The notes under the pieces: generated by a model
The model's database searches: none
What the model was told of the DNA's origin: nothing
Seen by the model: the letters and a program-made list of their open reading frames with translations, nothing else
In this document: piece by piece, positions 28,553-37,905 of the stretch
How the letters are laid out: the number at the start of each line of letters is the position of its first letter
Numbering within the stretch: position 1 is the stretch's first letter
From: an uncultured Acidimicrobiia bacterium
Lineage (GTDB): Bacteria; Actinomycetota; Acidimicrobiia; Acidimicrobiales; AC-14
Length of the DNA stretch: 64,000 nucleotides
NCBI GenBank assembly: GCA_963836205.1
Contig: CAWIIV010000024.1
Coordinates: 192,001 to 256,000, forward strand
Reading direction: 5' to 3'
Program-made: the position numbers and the translations under genes

Positions 28553-29460
28553 TCCGGCGTCCCGGGGGCCGAAGCCACCGGGGCGTCGCGCCCGACGACG
28601 TCGGCGAGGTCGACCACTGCGCCCGGCAGGAGCGCGACGGCGATGGCGGCGATCACGATGCGCCCGCCGAGCACCACCGTCCGGCTCCGCAGGGCACGAA
28701 CGAGCGGGGGAACCTGCGAGGCGACGACGACGATGATCAGCGCTGCAACGAGCGGGATCATGAGGAACACGGCGGGGATCAGTAGCAGGACCGGGAGGAT
28801 CAGGGGGAGGAGCGAGCGGACGCGCTCGCGTCTCGACGCCTCGACCATCGGGAATCGGGTGCTGAAGCGGTTGGCGATGGCGACCACCGCCATCCCGTGG
28901 GCGATGGCGGCCAGGCCGAACGTGAGCGCCGCCAGCCATCCCGGCCCGACGATGTCGAAGTCGGGGTTGCCCGGACGCAGGGGGTCGATTCTCGTGGCCG
29001 CAACCACCAGATGCAGCGCGCCGAAGGCGAGTCCACCGAGCCGGCCGCTCGGCAGCCACCGCCGGCAGGTGACATAGATGGCGCCGCTGAGCAGACCGGG
29101 GAGTACGCCACCGAAGAGATACAGGCCGATCGTGCCGTCGATGCTGATCTCCCCGACGACCTCCTCCGCCTCGGTGATCGCGCCCTGGGCGCCGTCGCCC
29201 GCACTGGCGGCCAGCAGCCGCATGATCAGGCGGACCGCAGGGCCGGTCACGAGGGCACCGGCCCAGAAGCCGCCGACGAGCGCGACGGCCACGCCCCGGA
29301 GGTAGCTGAGGGCGGCCACTTTGGGGGACGGGTTGGCGTCCGAGTCGGGGTCGGGCACCCAGGGCCGGTAAGGCGTCGCGCCCCAACGGAGCGTCAGCGT
29401 GATCCCGACGAGCAGGAGGACGCCCAGGATCACCATCAGGATCACGGGGCCATCATGCAC
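28549..29460 (-). CDS. Hypothetical integral membrane protein
   Basis: About 7 hydrophobic segments. Confidence 0.6.
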   Translation of the reverse strand: MHDGPVILMVILGVLLLVGITLTLRWGATPYRPWVPDPDSDANPSPKVAALSYLRGVAVALVGGFWAGALVTGPAVRLIMRLLAASAGDGAQGAITEAEEVVGEISIDGTIGLYLFGGVLPGLLSGAIYVTCRRWLPSGRLGGLAFGALHLVVAATRIDPLRPGNPDFDIVGPGWLAALTFGLAAIAHGMAVVAIANRFSTRFPMVEASRRERVRSLLPLILPVLLLIPAVFLMIPLVAALIIVVVASQVPPLVRALRSRTVVLGGRIVIAAIAVALLPGAVVDLADVVGRDAPVASAPGTPD

Positions 29461-29475
29461 CCGCCGGGAGTTGGA

Positions 29476-30360
29476 TCAGTCGGGCGACGCCCCGGCCGAC
29501 TTCACCGCGTGGCCGCCGAAGCCGTGGCGGAGGAGGGCCAGCACCTTCATGGCGGGGGAGTCGTCCTGGCGGGACGTGAACCGGGCGAAGAGCGACGCCG
29601 ACAGGACGTTCGCCGGCACGCCCAGCCGGACCGCCTCCTCGACCGTCCACCGGCCCTCGCCAGAGTCCTCCACGTAGGGCCTGATCCGCTCCAGCTTCGG
29701 GTCGTCGGTCAGGCCGACCGCGAGCAGCTCGAGCAGCCAGCTGCGGATGACGCTGCCGAATCCCCAGGCCTGGACGACCGCCGTGGTGTTGATCCCGAGC
29801 TCGCTCGCCCCCAGCAGCTCGAACCCCTCGGCGTAGGCCTGCATCATCCCGTACTCGATCCCGTTGTGGACCATCTTGGTGAAGTGGCCGGCGCCCACCG
29901 GCCCGCAGTGCACGAACCCCCCCTCGGGGGCGAGGGCGTCGAAGATCGGCTGCATGACGGCCACCTTCTCCGCCTCACCGCCGACCATCAGGCAGAAGCC
30001 CTCCTCGAGGCCCCAGATGCCGCCGCTCACGCCGGCGTCGACGAAGAACAGGCCTCGGTCGGCCAGCAGCTGCCCCCGGCGCATGGAGTCGTGGTAGTTG
30101 GAGTTGCCACCGTCGATCACCAGGTCTCCGGGCTCCAGCAGATCGGCCAGCTCGGCGATCGTCCCCTCGGTCGGGGCACCGGCCGGCACCATCACCCACA
30201 CCGCCCGGGGCGCGGGCAGGGCGGCGATCAGGTCGGCGACCGAGGCCGCGTCGCGGTGCTCGGGCGAGAAGTCGAAGCCGACCACGTCGTGGCCCCGCCC
30301 TCGGAGCCGCTGTGTCATCCCCCAGCCCATCCGCCCCAACCCGACCATGCCCAGCTTCAT
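29476..30360 (-). CDS. gnd: 6-phosphogluconate dehydrogenase (short decarboxylating type)
   Basis: GLGRMG, IDGGNS, KMVHNGIEYG, DSGEGRWT and FGGH motifs. Confidence 0.92.
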   Translation of the reverse strand: MKLGMVGLGRMGWGMTQRLRGRGHDVVGFDFSPEHRDAASVADLIAALPAPRAVWVMVPAGAPTEGTIAELADLLEPGDLVIDGGNSNYHDSMRRGQLLADRGLFFVDAGVSGGIWGLEEGFCLMVGGEAEKVAVMQPIFDALAPEGGFVHCGPVGAGHFTKMVHNGIEYGMMQAYAEGFELLGASELGINTTAVVQAWGFGSVIRSWLLELLAVGLTDDPKLERIRPYVEDSGEGRWTVEEAVRLGVPANVLSASLFARFTSRQDDSPAMKVLALLRHGFGGHAVKSAGASPD

Positions 30361-30427
30361 GGGCCGCCCTCCGCGCTCGATGACTGCGACGAGGCTACGT
30401 CCGCGCTACCCGGGCTCCGGGCCCGAC

Positions 30428-31087
30428 TCAGACCTTGGCGACGAACAGCTGGCTGGCGAGGGCGGGGCCGAGGGCGATGCTGCCGCTCTCGAGGGTGAGG
30501 GTGAGGGTGCCGTCGGGGGCCTTGGACCGGACCTCGGCGCCGGTGCCGGGCACGAAGCCGTGGTCGTCGAGGTAGACGAGGGCGTCCATGTCGACCTCGA
30601 CCTGCTCGGTGACCCGCTCCAGCCGGATGCGGTCGCCCGGCTCCGAGTCGGCCAGGGCCGACAGCTGCCGCAGCGGACCGCCCGCGCCCGGGATGGGATT
30701 GCCGTGGGGACACGTGGCGGGGTTGCCCAGCAACTCCACCAGGCGCTCCTCGACCTCGTCGGAGATGACGTGCTCCCACCGGCACGCCTCCTCGTGGGTC
30801 TTGTGCCAGGGGATGCCGATCACGTCGGTGAGCAGGCGCTCGGCCAGCCGGTGCTTGCGGACCACGCTCACCGCCCGGGTGCGGCCCTTGTCGGTGAGGC
30901 TGAGCGACCGCCCGTCGAGGGCCACGTAGCCGTCGGTGCGCAGCCGGCGCACCATTTCCGACACCGAAGGAGCCGAGTGGCCGAGGTGTTCGGCGAGGCG
31001 GGCCTGGATGACCTGGACGCCTTCTTCCTCCAACTCCCAGATCGCCTCCAGGTACTCCTCGAGGGGGGGGTGGAAGCCGTCGGCCAT
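30428..31087 (-). CDS. DtxR/IdeR metal-dependent repressor with FeoA domain
   Basis: EEYLEAI, RKHRLAERLL, EACRWEH and CPHGNPIP motifs. Confidence 0.9.
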   Translation of the reverse strand: MADGFHPPLEEYLEAIWELEEEGVQVIQARLAEHLGHSAPSVSEMVRRLRTDGYVALDGRSLSLTDKGRTRAVSVVRKHRLAERLLTDVIGIPWHKTHEEACRWEHVISDEVEERLVELLGNPATCPHGNPIPGAGGPLRQLSALADSEPGDRIRLERVTEQVEVDMDALVYLDDHGFVPGTGAEVRSKAPDGTLTLTLESGSIALGPALASQLFVAKV

Positions 31088-31135
31088 GGCCGGTCATCGT
31101 AGTCCCCGGGGCCGGCGAACGGGCCGACTCGACCG

Positions 31136-31651
31136 TCAGGTGTGTTGTTCGGCCGCGGCCCGGGCGAAGTGGAGGAAGTCGGCGACGGTCACCGATGTGA
31201 GCACGGCGGCCGTCATCCGGGTGCCCCGGGGGGCGAGGACGAGCCCGAACGTGAACGCCGTCGCCAGCCACTGGCTGATGCAGAAGGGGCAGGTCACAAG
31301 CTCGCCGATGGCCTTGCGGGCGCCCGTCCCCCGCACCTTCTCCTTGAGCTCGGCGGGGCCGGTGGTGGTGCCCTCGAACCGGGTGAACGGCGCCCGCAGG
31401 GGACTGGTGACGGGCGACTTGGCGATGAGCCGGCTCAGGCGGTGGGTGGCCACCGACACCAGGGCCACGTCCGACCACGCCGGGCGCTCCGGCAGGCCCC
31501 GCCGGCCGACCGCCACCGCCCCCGCGGCCACGAAGGCGCCGTAGACGGCCAGCAGCCCGGCGAAGGACTCCATGGGCAGGTCGGCATCGCCCCGGTAGGC
31601 GTCCACCTCCCGGCTGACGCGCTCCGTGGTGTGGCGGAGGGTGTCGGTCAT
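31136..31651 (-). CDS. DUF1360 domain protein
   Basis: HRLSRLI...VTSPLRAPF...GELVTCPFC. Confidence 0.8.
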   Translation of the reverse strand: MTDTLRHTTERVSREVDAYRGDADLPMESFAGLLAVYGAFVAAGAVAVGRRGLPERPAWSDVALVSVATHRLSRLIAKSPVTSPLRAPFTRFEGTTTGPAELKEKVRGTGARKAIGELVTCPFCISQWLATAFTFGLVLAPRGTRMTAAVLTSVTVADFLHFARAAAEQHT

Positions 31652-31691
31652 GGCTGAGGACTACCCACGCCGGCGGTCGTAGCATCCGGGG

Positions 31692-34350
31692 ATCGCCAAG
31701 ATCCTCCTCCTCGACGGCAATTCCATGGCCTACCGGGCCTTCTTCGCCCTTCCCACCGACCTGGCCACCGCCTCCGGGCAGGTCACCAACGCGGTCTACG
31801 GGTTCACGTCGATGCTCATCAACCTGTTCAAGGACCACCACCCCGACGCCATCGCGGTCTCGTTCGACCGTCCCGAGCGCACGTTCCGCCACGACCTGGT
31901 CGACGACTACAAGGCGGGACGGGCCGCCGCCCCCGACATCCTCCGCCAGCAGATGGGCCTCGTCCGCCAGGTGGTCGAGACCCTGAAGATCCCCATCGTC
32001 GACGCCGCCGGCTACGAGGCCGACGACGTGATCGCCACCCTCGCCACCCAGGCCCGCGACCGGGGCGACGACGTGATCGTGGTCACCGGCGACCGCGACG
32101 CCTACCAGCTGGTCGAGGACCCCCACGTCAAGGTCCTCTACAACCGGCGGGGCGTGAGCGACTATGTCCTCTACGACGAGGCGGGCATCCTCGAGCGCAC
32201 CGGGGTGACGCCACCGATGTACCCGCAGTACGCCGCTCTCCGGGGGGACCCGTCCGACAACCTCCCGGGCGTGCCGGGAGTGGGGGAGAAGACGGCGGCC
32301 AAGCTGCTCAACACCTACGGCGACCTCGACGGGGTGTTCGCCAACGTCGACAAGTGCACGCCCAAGCTGCGGGAGAGCCTCATCGCCCACGAGCCGGTGG
32401 TGCGGCGCAACGCCACCGCCACGCCCCTGGTGCGCGACGTCCCCCTCGAGGCCGACGTCAGCGACCTGCGCATGGGCCCGTTCGACGCCACCGCGGTGCG
32501 CGACCTGTTCAACTTCCTCGAGTTCAACACCCTCCACCCCCGGCTGATGGAGGCCATCGGGACGGCGGAAGCGGTGACGGCGGCGGCCGCGGCCCAGGCC
32601 GAGGTCCGGCCGCTGGCGGTCGACGTGGCCCGGGCGGCGACGGTCGACGAGGCGGTGGCCGCGCTGCTGGCTCCCGGTCCGGTGAGCGTGGCCGCCTCGT
32701 GGAGCGGGATCGAGGGTCGGAGCCGGCCCGAGGGACTGGCGGTGGCTGCGGATGGGAGCGAGGCGGAGGCCGTCTGGATCCCGTACGACCTGCTGGCCTC
32801 GCCGCCGGTCGCGGCCGTCCTGGCCGACGTGCCCTTCCGGGCCCACAACGCCAAGGCCCTCCTCCGGGGCCTCGGACTCGACCTGCGCGGCCTCGACATC
32901 GACACCGCCATCGCCGCCTACCTCATCGAACCAGCCGAGTCGCAGTACCTCCTCGACGACCTGGCCGCCAGGTTCCTGGGCCTCGAGGTCCGCGCACCCG
33001 ACGCCCCACCCGCGGGCCAACTCGACCTGTCCGGCACCACGCCCGACCCGGCCGAGGAGGCGGGCCGGCGGGCAGTGGCGGTGGGCCTGCTGGTGCCGGC
33101 GCTGGCCGCGTCGATGGACGCCCGGGGCCTGCGGCGGCTGTACGACGAGGTCGAGCGGCCGCTGGTGCGGGTGCTGGCCCGGATGGAGGCGGCCGGTGTA
33201 CGGGTCGACGTGGAGTTGCTGCGGTCGATCTACGACGGCCTGGTGGCCGAGGGCGCCCGCCTCGAGGAGGAGATCCAGGAGCTGGCCGGCGAGCGCTTCC
33301 TGGTCAACTCCACGTTGCAGCTGCGCCGGGTCCTGTTCGATCGGCTCGGGCTCCAGCCGCAGAAGAAGACCAAGACCGGCTTCTCCACCGACGCCGCGTC
33401 CCTGGAGAAGCTGCGGGGCCTGCACCCGATCATCGAGCCGCTGCTCCGGTACCGCGAGGTCGAGAAGCTGCGGTCGACCTACGGCGAGTCGTTGCTGGCC
33501 GAGGTCGGCCCCGACGGACGCATCCACGCCACGTTCAACCAGACGGTGGCCCGCACCGGCCGCCTGAGCTCCGACCGGCCCAACCTCCACAACATCCCCA
33601 TCCGCACCGACGAGGGCCGCCGCATCCGCCAGGCCTTCCTGCCGGCCGTAGGGGTGCCGGTTCCTCGTGGCCGACTACAACCAGATCGAGCTGCGGGTGA
33701 TCGCCCACCTGGCCCAGGACCCGGGGCTGATCGAGGCCTTCGCCACCGGCCAGGACATCCACAAGGCCACCGCCGCCCGCCTGTTCTCGGTCGACCCCGA
33801 CGCGGTCACGGTCGGCCAGCGGTCGAAGGCCAAGATGGTCTCCTACGGGCTGGCCTACGGGATGGAGTCCTACGGGCTGGGCCAACGGCTGGGCATCCCC
33901 ACCGAGGAGGCGGCCTTGATCCTCGGCGCCTACTTCGAGGCCTTCCCGAGCGTGCGGGCCTACATGGAGCGGACGGTGGTGGAGGCGCGCGACCGGGGCT
34001 ACACGGAGACGCTGTTCGGGCGGCGGCGGCAGATCCCCGAGCTGCAGTCGCAGAACTACCGCCTGCGCCAGGCGGGCGAGCGCCAGGCCATGAACGCCGG
34101 CATCCAGGGCCTGGCCGCCGACATCTTCAAGGTCGCCCTGGTCCGCCTCGACCGGGCCCTGGAAGACCTCGGCCTGGCCGCCCGGCTGGTCCTCCAGGTC
34201 CACGACGAGGTCATCCTCGAAGTCCCTCCATCCGAGGAGGACGGGGCCGCCGCCGTCACCCTCGAGGCCATGCGGGGCGCGGCCGAGCTGAGCGTCCCCC
34301 TGGAGGTCAACCTCGCCTGGGGCGACTCCTGGGCCACCGCCAAGGGCTAA
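31692..34350 (+). CDS. polA: DNA polymerase I (apparent +1 insertion near 33649)
   Basis: LLLDGNS.AYRAFF, EADD, GDPSDN, TGRLSS; ADYNQIELR and LQVHDE in the second frame. Confidence 0.93.
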
Positions 34351-34377
34351 TCTCCTTCCCTTCTCTTCCCCCTGGAT

Positions 34378-34448
34378 GTTTCGTGCGCCCGTAGCGGGGT
34401 GAAACGGCCTTGTCTTGCCGGTTCCACCCCTCTACGGCCGCAGCAAAC
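34378..34448. repeat. ~71-bp palindromic unit upstream of DUF559-like gene A
   Basis: GTTTCGTGCGCCCGTAGCGGGGTG...CACCCCTCTACGGCCGCAGCAAAC. Confidence 0.75.
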
Positions 34449-34462
34449 CGGGAGGGTTGGGG

Positions 34463-35299
34463 ATGCGAAGGCTGTTCACGACCGAGGAAGCCAGAGCCGC
34501 GGGACTGACGTCGGATGCATTGCGCTGGGGCGAGGCCACCGGACGCTGGCGGCGGCTCCGTCGGGGCGTGTACGGCATGGGGCCCGACGACCCGACGGCG
34601 TTCGACCTCGAGCTGGCCGAGGTACTGGCGAGGAGAGCGGTGGCGTCGGGTGGAATCGCCGGTGTCCTCCTCGGCCTCGACAGCGTGGCCGCCGACGGGC
34701 ACCCCGTCCGCCGCCGGCCGCTCTCCGCCGACGGGCTTGTGTTCATCGGTGGCATCCGCTGCACGAGCGGGTTGCAAACGCTGGTCGACCTCGCCGCCGT
34801 TGTCGATGACCTCGTCTGGGAGCAGGCGCTCGAATCGGCCCTGCGCAAGGGCCTCGTCTCGGTCGCCGACCTCGAACGTTCGCTGCCGGAACTCGGCCGG
34901 GCTCGGGTGCCGGGCGCAGCTCGCATCAGGCGGATCTTGGCGCTCCGCCCGCCGGGGGCGGCACCCACCGGAAGCCTGCTCGAGACCTTCATGGTCCAGC
35001 TGGCCAGAACCGTCCCTGGCCTGCCAGCCGCGGTTCGCCAGCTGCCGATCGGCCCGTTCCTGCTCGACTTGTCATGGCCGGAGGTCGGGGTCTTCGTCGA
35101 GCTCGACGGCCAACAGCACCTCGGCCAGCCGGTCTACGACGCCCGGCGGGAGACGGCGATCGTCGCCGCCACGGGCTGGTTGTGCGGTCGCTTCACGTGG
35201 ACCGAGGTTGTCCGGGTGCCGATCTCCACCGCCCGCCGGTTGGGTGAGATCGTCGACCAGGCTCGCCGCCGCCCGTTCCGTGCACCCGAGGCGGGGTGA
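34463..35299 (+). CDS. AbiEi-antitoxin-like N-terminus with DUF559/PD-(D/E)xK-like C-terminus (gene A)
   Basis: GRWRRLRRGVY, TLVDLA, GSLLET, LDLSWPE..VFVELDGQQH, GWLCGRFTW. Confidence 0.75.
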   Translation: MRRLFTTEEARAAGLTSDALRWGEATGRWRRLRRGVYGMGPDDPTAFDLELAEVLARRAVASGGIAGVLLGLDSVAADGHPVRRRPLSADGLVFIGGIRCTSGLQTLVDLAAVVDDLVWEQALESALRKGLVSVADLERSLPELGRARVPGAARIRRILALRPPGAAPTGSLLETFMVQLARTVPGLPAAVRQLPIGPFLLDLSWPEVGVFVELDGQQHLGQPVYDARRETAIVAATGWLCGRFTWTEVVRVPISTARRLGEIVDQARRRPFRAPEAG

Positions 35300-35346
35300 A
35301 CTGGGCCGCGCTCGACGGATCCACCCCGATTGGGGCGCACGAAAAC
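35275..35346. repeat. ~72-bp palindromic unit overlapping the stop codon of gene A
   Basis: GTTCCGTGCACCCGAGGCGGGGTG...CACCCCGATTGGGGCGCACGAAAAC; outer arm matches 34379-34401 inverted at 20/23. Confidence 0.75.
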
Positions 35347-35358
35347 GCTCGGACTCCC

Positions 35359-36294
35359 TCAGTCGACCGGGGGTGCGCCGCTCACCGCGGGGGCAGTCTC
35401 GCTCGACCGGATGACGAGGAACGTCCCGAGGGCGATGACGGCGGCGGCCGGCAAGGCCGCCGGTGGGGGGCTTTGGCCCAGGAACACGGCGGCCAGGACC
35501 GCCGCCCCGACGATCTCGAAGAGCAGCGCGACCGACACGATCGTGGGGCTTACCGTCCGCAAGACGAGGTTGAACACCGAGTGGCCCAGCAGTTGGGCCA
35601 GCAGGGCCAGCGCCGCCAGCCGGAGCCACGTGGTCGCGTCGTAGCCACCCAGCCGTTGTCCCGACACCACGCACACCGCCAGCAGGGCCAGGGCCGCCAC
35701 CGGGTAGCAGACGGCGGTGTAGGCGGTGGTCGAAACCGTCTTGCGCACGTCCGCCCCCACCACCCGGTACGCCGCCGCCAGCGCGCCTCCCACCAGGGCC
35801 AGCCCGTCGCCGAACAACGCCCGTCCCGACACCGTGACGTCGACCCCCGAGAGCATGAACGCGCCCGCGATCGCCAACCCGACGCCCAGCCACGCCTGGC
35901 CCGCCATGCGCTCGCCCCGCATCCGCAGGATCAACGCCGCCCACGCCGGCTGCATGGCCACCAGGGCCACGGCCGACGCCACCGTCGTCAACGTGACCGC
36001 GGGGATGAAGCAGGCGAAGTGGCCGGCCAGGAGCAGCCCGGCCAGCACCGACAACCGCCTCGAGGTCCGACCCATCCCGATCCGCAGGTCCGCCCGCCGG
36101 CCGGACCCTGCCAGCGCGAACGGCACCACCACGCCCGACGCCATCGCCATGCGCCAGAAGGCGATGGCCAGGGCGGGGGCGGCGGCCGACTTGATGAGCG
36201 GCGCCGCGGTCGACGTCCCCAAAACGCCCACGACCAGGAGCAACGCGCTCCCCGCGGGCGGGCGGCGCAGCGACGAGACGGGGGCCCGTTCCAC
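35359..36294 (-). CDS. EamA/DMT transporter
   Basis: About 10 TM segments; AIAFWRM, LFGDGLAL and QLLGHSVFN motifs. Confidence 0.85.
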   Translation of the reverse strand: MERAPVSSLRRPPAGSALLLVVGVLGTSTAAPLIKSAAAPALAIAFWRMAMASGVVVPFALAGSGRRADLRIGMGRTSRRLSVLAGLLLAGHFACFIPAVTLTTVASAVALVAMQPAWAALILRMRGERMAGQAWLGVGLAIAGAFMLSGVDVTVSGRALFGDGLALVGGALAAAYRVVGADVRKTVSTTAYTAVCYPVAALALLAVCVVSGQRLGGYDATTWLRLAALALLAQLLGHSVFNLVLRTVSPTIVSVALLFEIVGAAVLAAVFLGQSPPPAALPAAAVIALGTFLVIRSSETAPAVSGAPPVD

Positions 36295-36421
36295 CCGACG
36301 AAGGTAGGTCGCCGAAGTCTTCCCGCCCGACGGGGGGTACCATGAATCAGCCGAGCCGTGCGCGCCCGGCGGCGCGTCCCGCGTCCTCGCCCAACTCCCC
36401 CACAAAGGCCCATCCAGATCC

Positions 36422-37864
36422 ATGTCCGACCAGACCCCCGCCTCCGCGACCACGACAGACGCTCCCGCCGACGACGGAGGTGAATACGTCTTTCGGCAGA
36501 TCGTCGGCGACGACGACGGGATCTCCTTCGAGGATGCCATCGCCGGCACCATCGTCGAGTTCGACGACGGCGACATCGTCACCGGCACCGTCGTCAAGGT
36601 CGACAAGGACGAGGTCCTGCTCGACATCGGCTACAAGTCCGAAGGCGTCATCCCGGCCCGTGAGCTGTCCATCCGCCACGACGTCGACCCCGGCCAGATC
36701 GTCTCCCTCGGCGAGGAGATCGAGGCCCTCGTCCTCCAGAAGGAGGACAAGGAAGGCCGGCTGATCCTGTCCAAGAAGCGGGCCCAGTACGAGCGGGCCT
36801 GGGGCACGATCGAGCGCATCAAGGAGCAGAACGGCGTCGTCACCGGCCCGGTCATCGAAGTGGTCAAGGGCGGCCTGATCCTCGACATCGGCCTGCGGGG
36901 CTTCCTCCCCGCCTCCCTGGTGGAGCTGCGGCGGGTGCGCGACCTGCTCCCGTACGTGGGCCGAACCCTCGAGGCCAAGATCATCGAGCTCGACAAGCAC
37001 CGCAACAACGTGGTGCTGTCCCGGCGGGCGTGGCTGGAGGAGACGCAGAAGGAGCAGCGGGAGGAGTTCCTCGACAACCTCAAGCCGGGCGAGATCCGCA
37101 AGGGCGTGGTGTCGTCGGTCGTCAACTTCGGCGCCTTCGTCGACCTGGGCGGCATGGACGGGCTGGTCCACGTCTCCGAGCTCTCGTGGAAGCACGTCGA
37201 CCACCCGGCGTCGGTCGTGGCCGTGGGCGACGAGATCGAGGTCCAGGTGCTCGAGGTCGACCTCGAGCGGGAGCGCATCAGCCTGTCGCTCAAGGCCACC
37301 CAGCAGGACCCGTGGCAGGAGTTCGCCAATAACCACCGGGTGGGCGAGCTGGTCTACGGCCGGGTCACCAAGCTGGTGCCCTTCGGCGCGTTCCTGCAGG
37401 TGGGCGAGGGTATCGAGGGCTTGGTCCACATCTCCGAGATGGCTGCCCATCACGTCGACCTGCCCGAGCAGGTGGTCACTCCCGGCGAGGAGCTCTGGGT
37501 CAAGATCATCGACCTCGACCTCCAGCGCCGCCGCATCAGCCTGTCGATCAAGCAGGCGGCCGAGGGTGGCGTGGTCGCCGCCGAGTACCAGGAGGCGTTC
37601 GGCGAGCACGCCTACGACGCCGAGGGCAATTACATCGGCGAGTACGCGGCCGTCGACTTCACGCCTGAGACCGAGGCCCAGGCGGCCTGGGCCGACTACG
37701 TCGTCGAGCTCGGGGCCGGTGAACCCGGGGCCGGTGAACCCGGGGCCGGTGAACCCGGGGCCGGTGAACCCGGGGCCGGTGAACCCGCCGCCGCGGACGC
37801 CGGAGCCGAAACCGCGGCCGGGCCCACCACCGCGCCGGCCGACCCCGACTCTCCCGCCTCCTAA
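36422..37864 (+). CDS. rpsA: 30S ribosomal protein S1
   Basis: VLLDIGYKSEGVIP, four S1 domains, actinobacterial type. Confidence 0.95.
   Translation: MSDQTPASATTTDAPADDGGEYVFRQIVGDDDGISFEDAIAGTIVEFDDGDIVTGTVVKVDKDEVLLDIGYKSEGVIPARELSIRHDVDPGQIVSLGEEIEALVLQKEDKEGRLILSKKRAQYERAWGTIERIKEQNGVVTGPVIEVVKGGLILDIGLRGFLPASLVELRRVRDLLPYVGRTLEAKIIELDKHRNNVVLSRRAWLEETQKEQREEFLDNLKPGEIRKGVVSSVVNFGAFVDLGGMDGLVHVSELSWKHVDHPASVVAVGDEIEVQVLEVDLERERISLSLKATQQDPWQEFANNHRVGELVYGRVTKLVPFGAFLQVGEGIEGLVHISEMAAHHVDLPEQVVTPGEELWVKIIDLDLQRRRISLSIKQAAEGGVVAAEYQEAFGEHAYDAEGNYIGEYAAVDFTPETEAQAAWADYVVELGAGEPGAGEPGAGEPGAGEPGAGEPAAADAGAETAAGPTTAPADPDSPAS
37712..37786 (+). repeat. 15-bp in-frame VNTR, five copies (GAGEP)
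   Basis: GGGGCCGGTGAACCC, five perfect copies in the rpsA tail. Confidence 0.9.
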
Positions 37865-37905
37865 TCGGCAACACAGGTCCCGGGGATGCCTCCGGGAGGG
37901 GGACG

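Noticed and set aside
33640-33670. polA frameshift as a pseudogene or programmed frameshift
   Set aside because: Removing one base restores ...PAEGCRFLVADY. Similar single indels occur in uvrB, the kinase, epimerase, cupredoxin and Dabb genes with no slippery motif, so consensus sequencing error is more likely.
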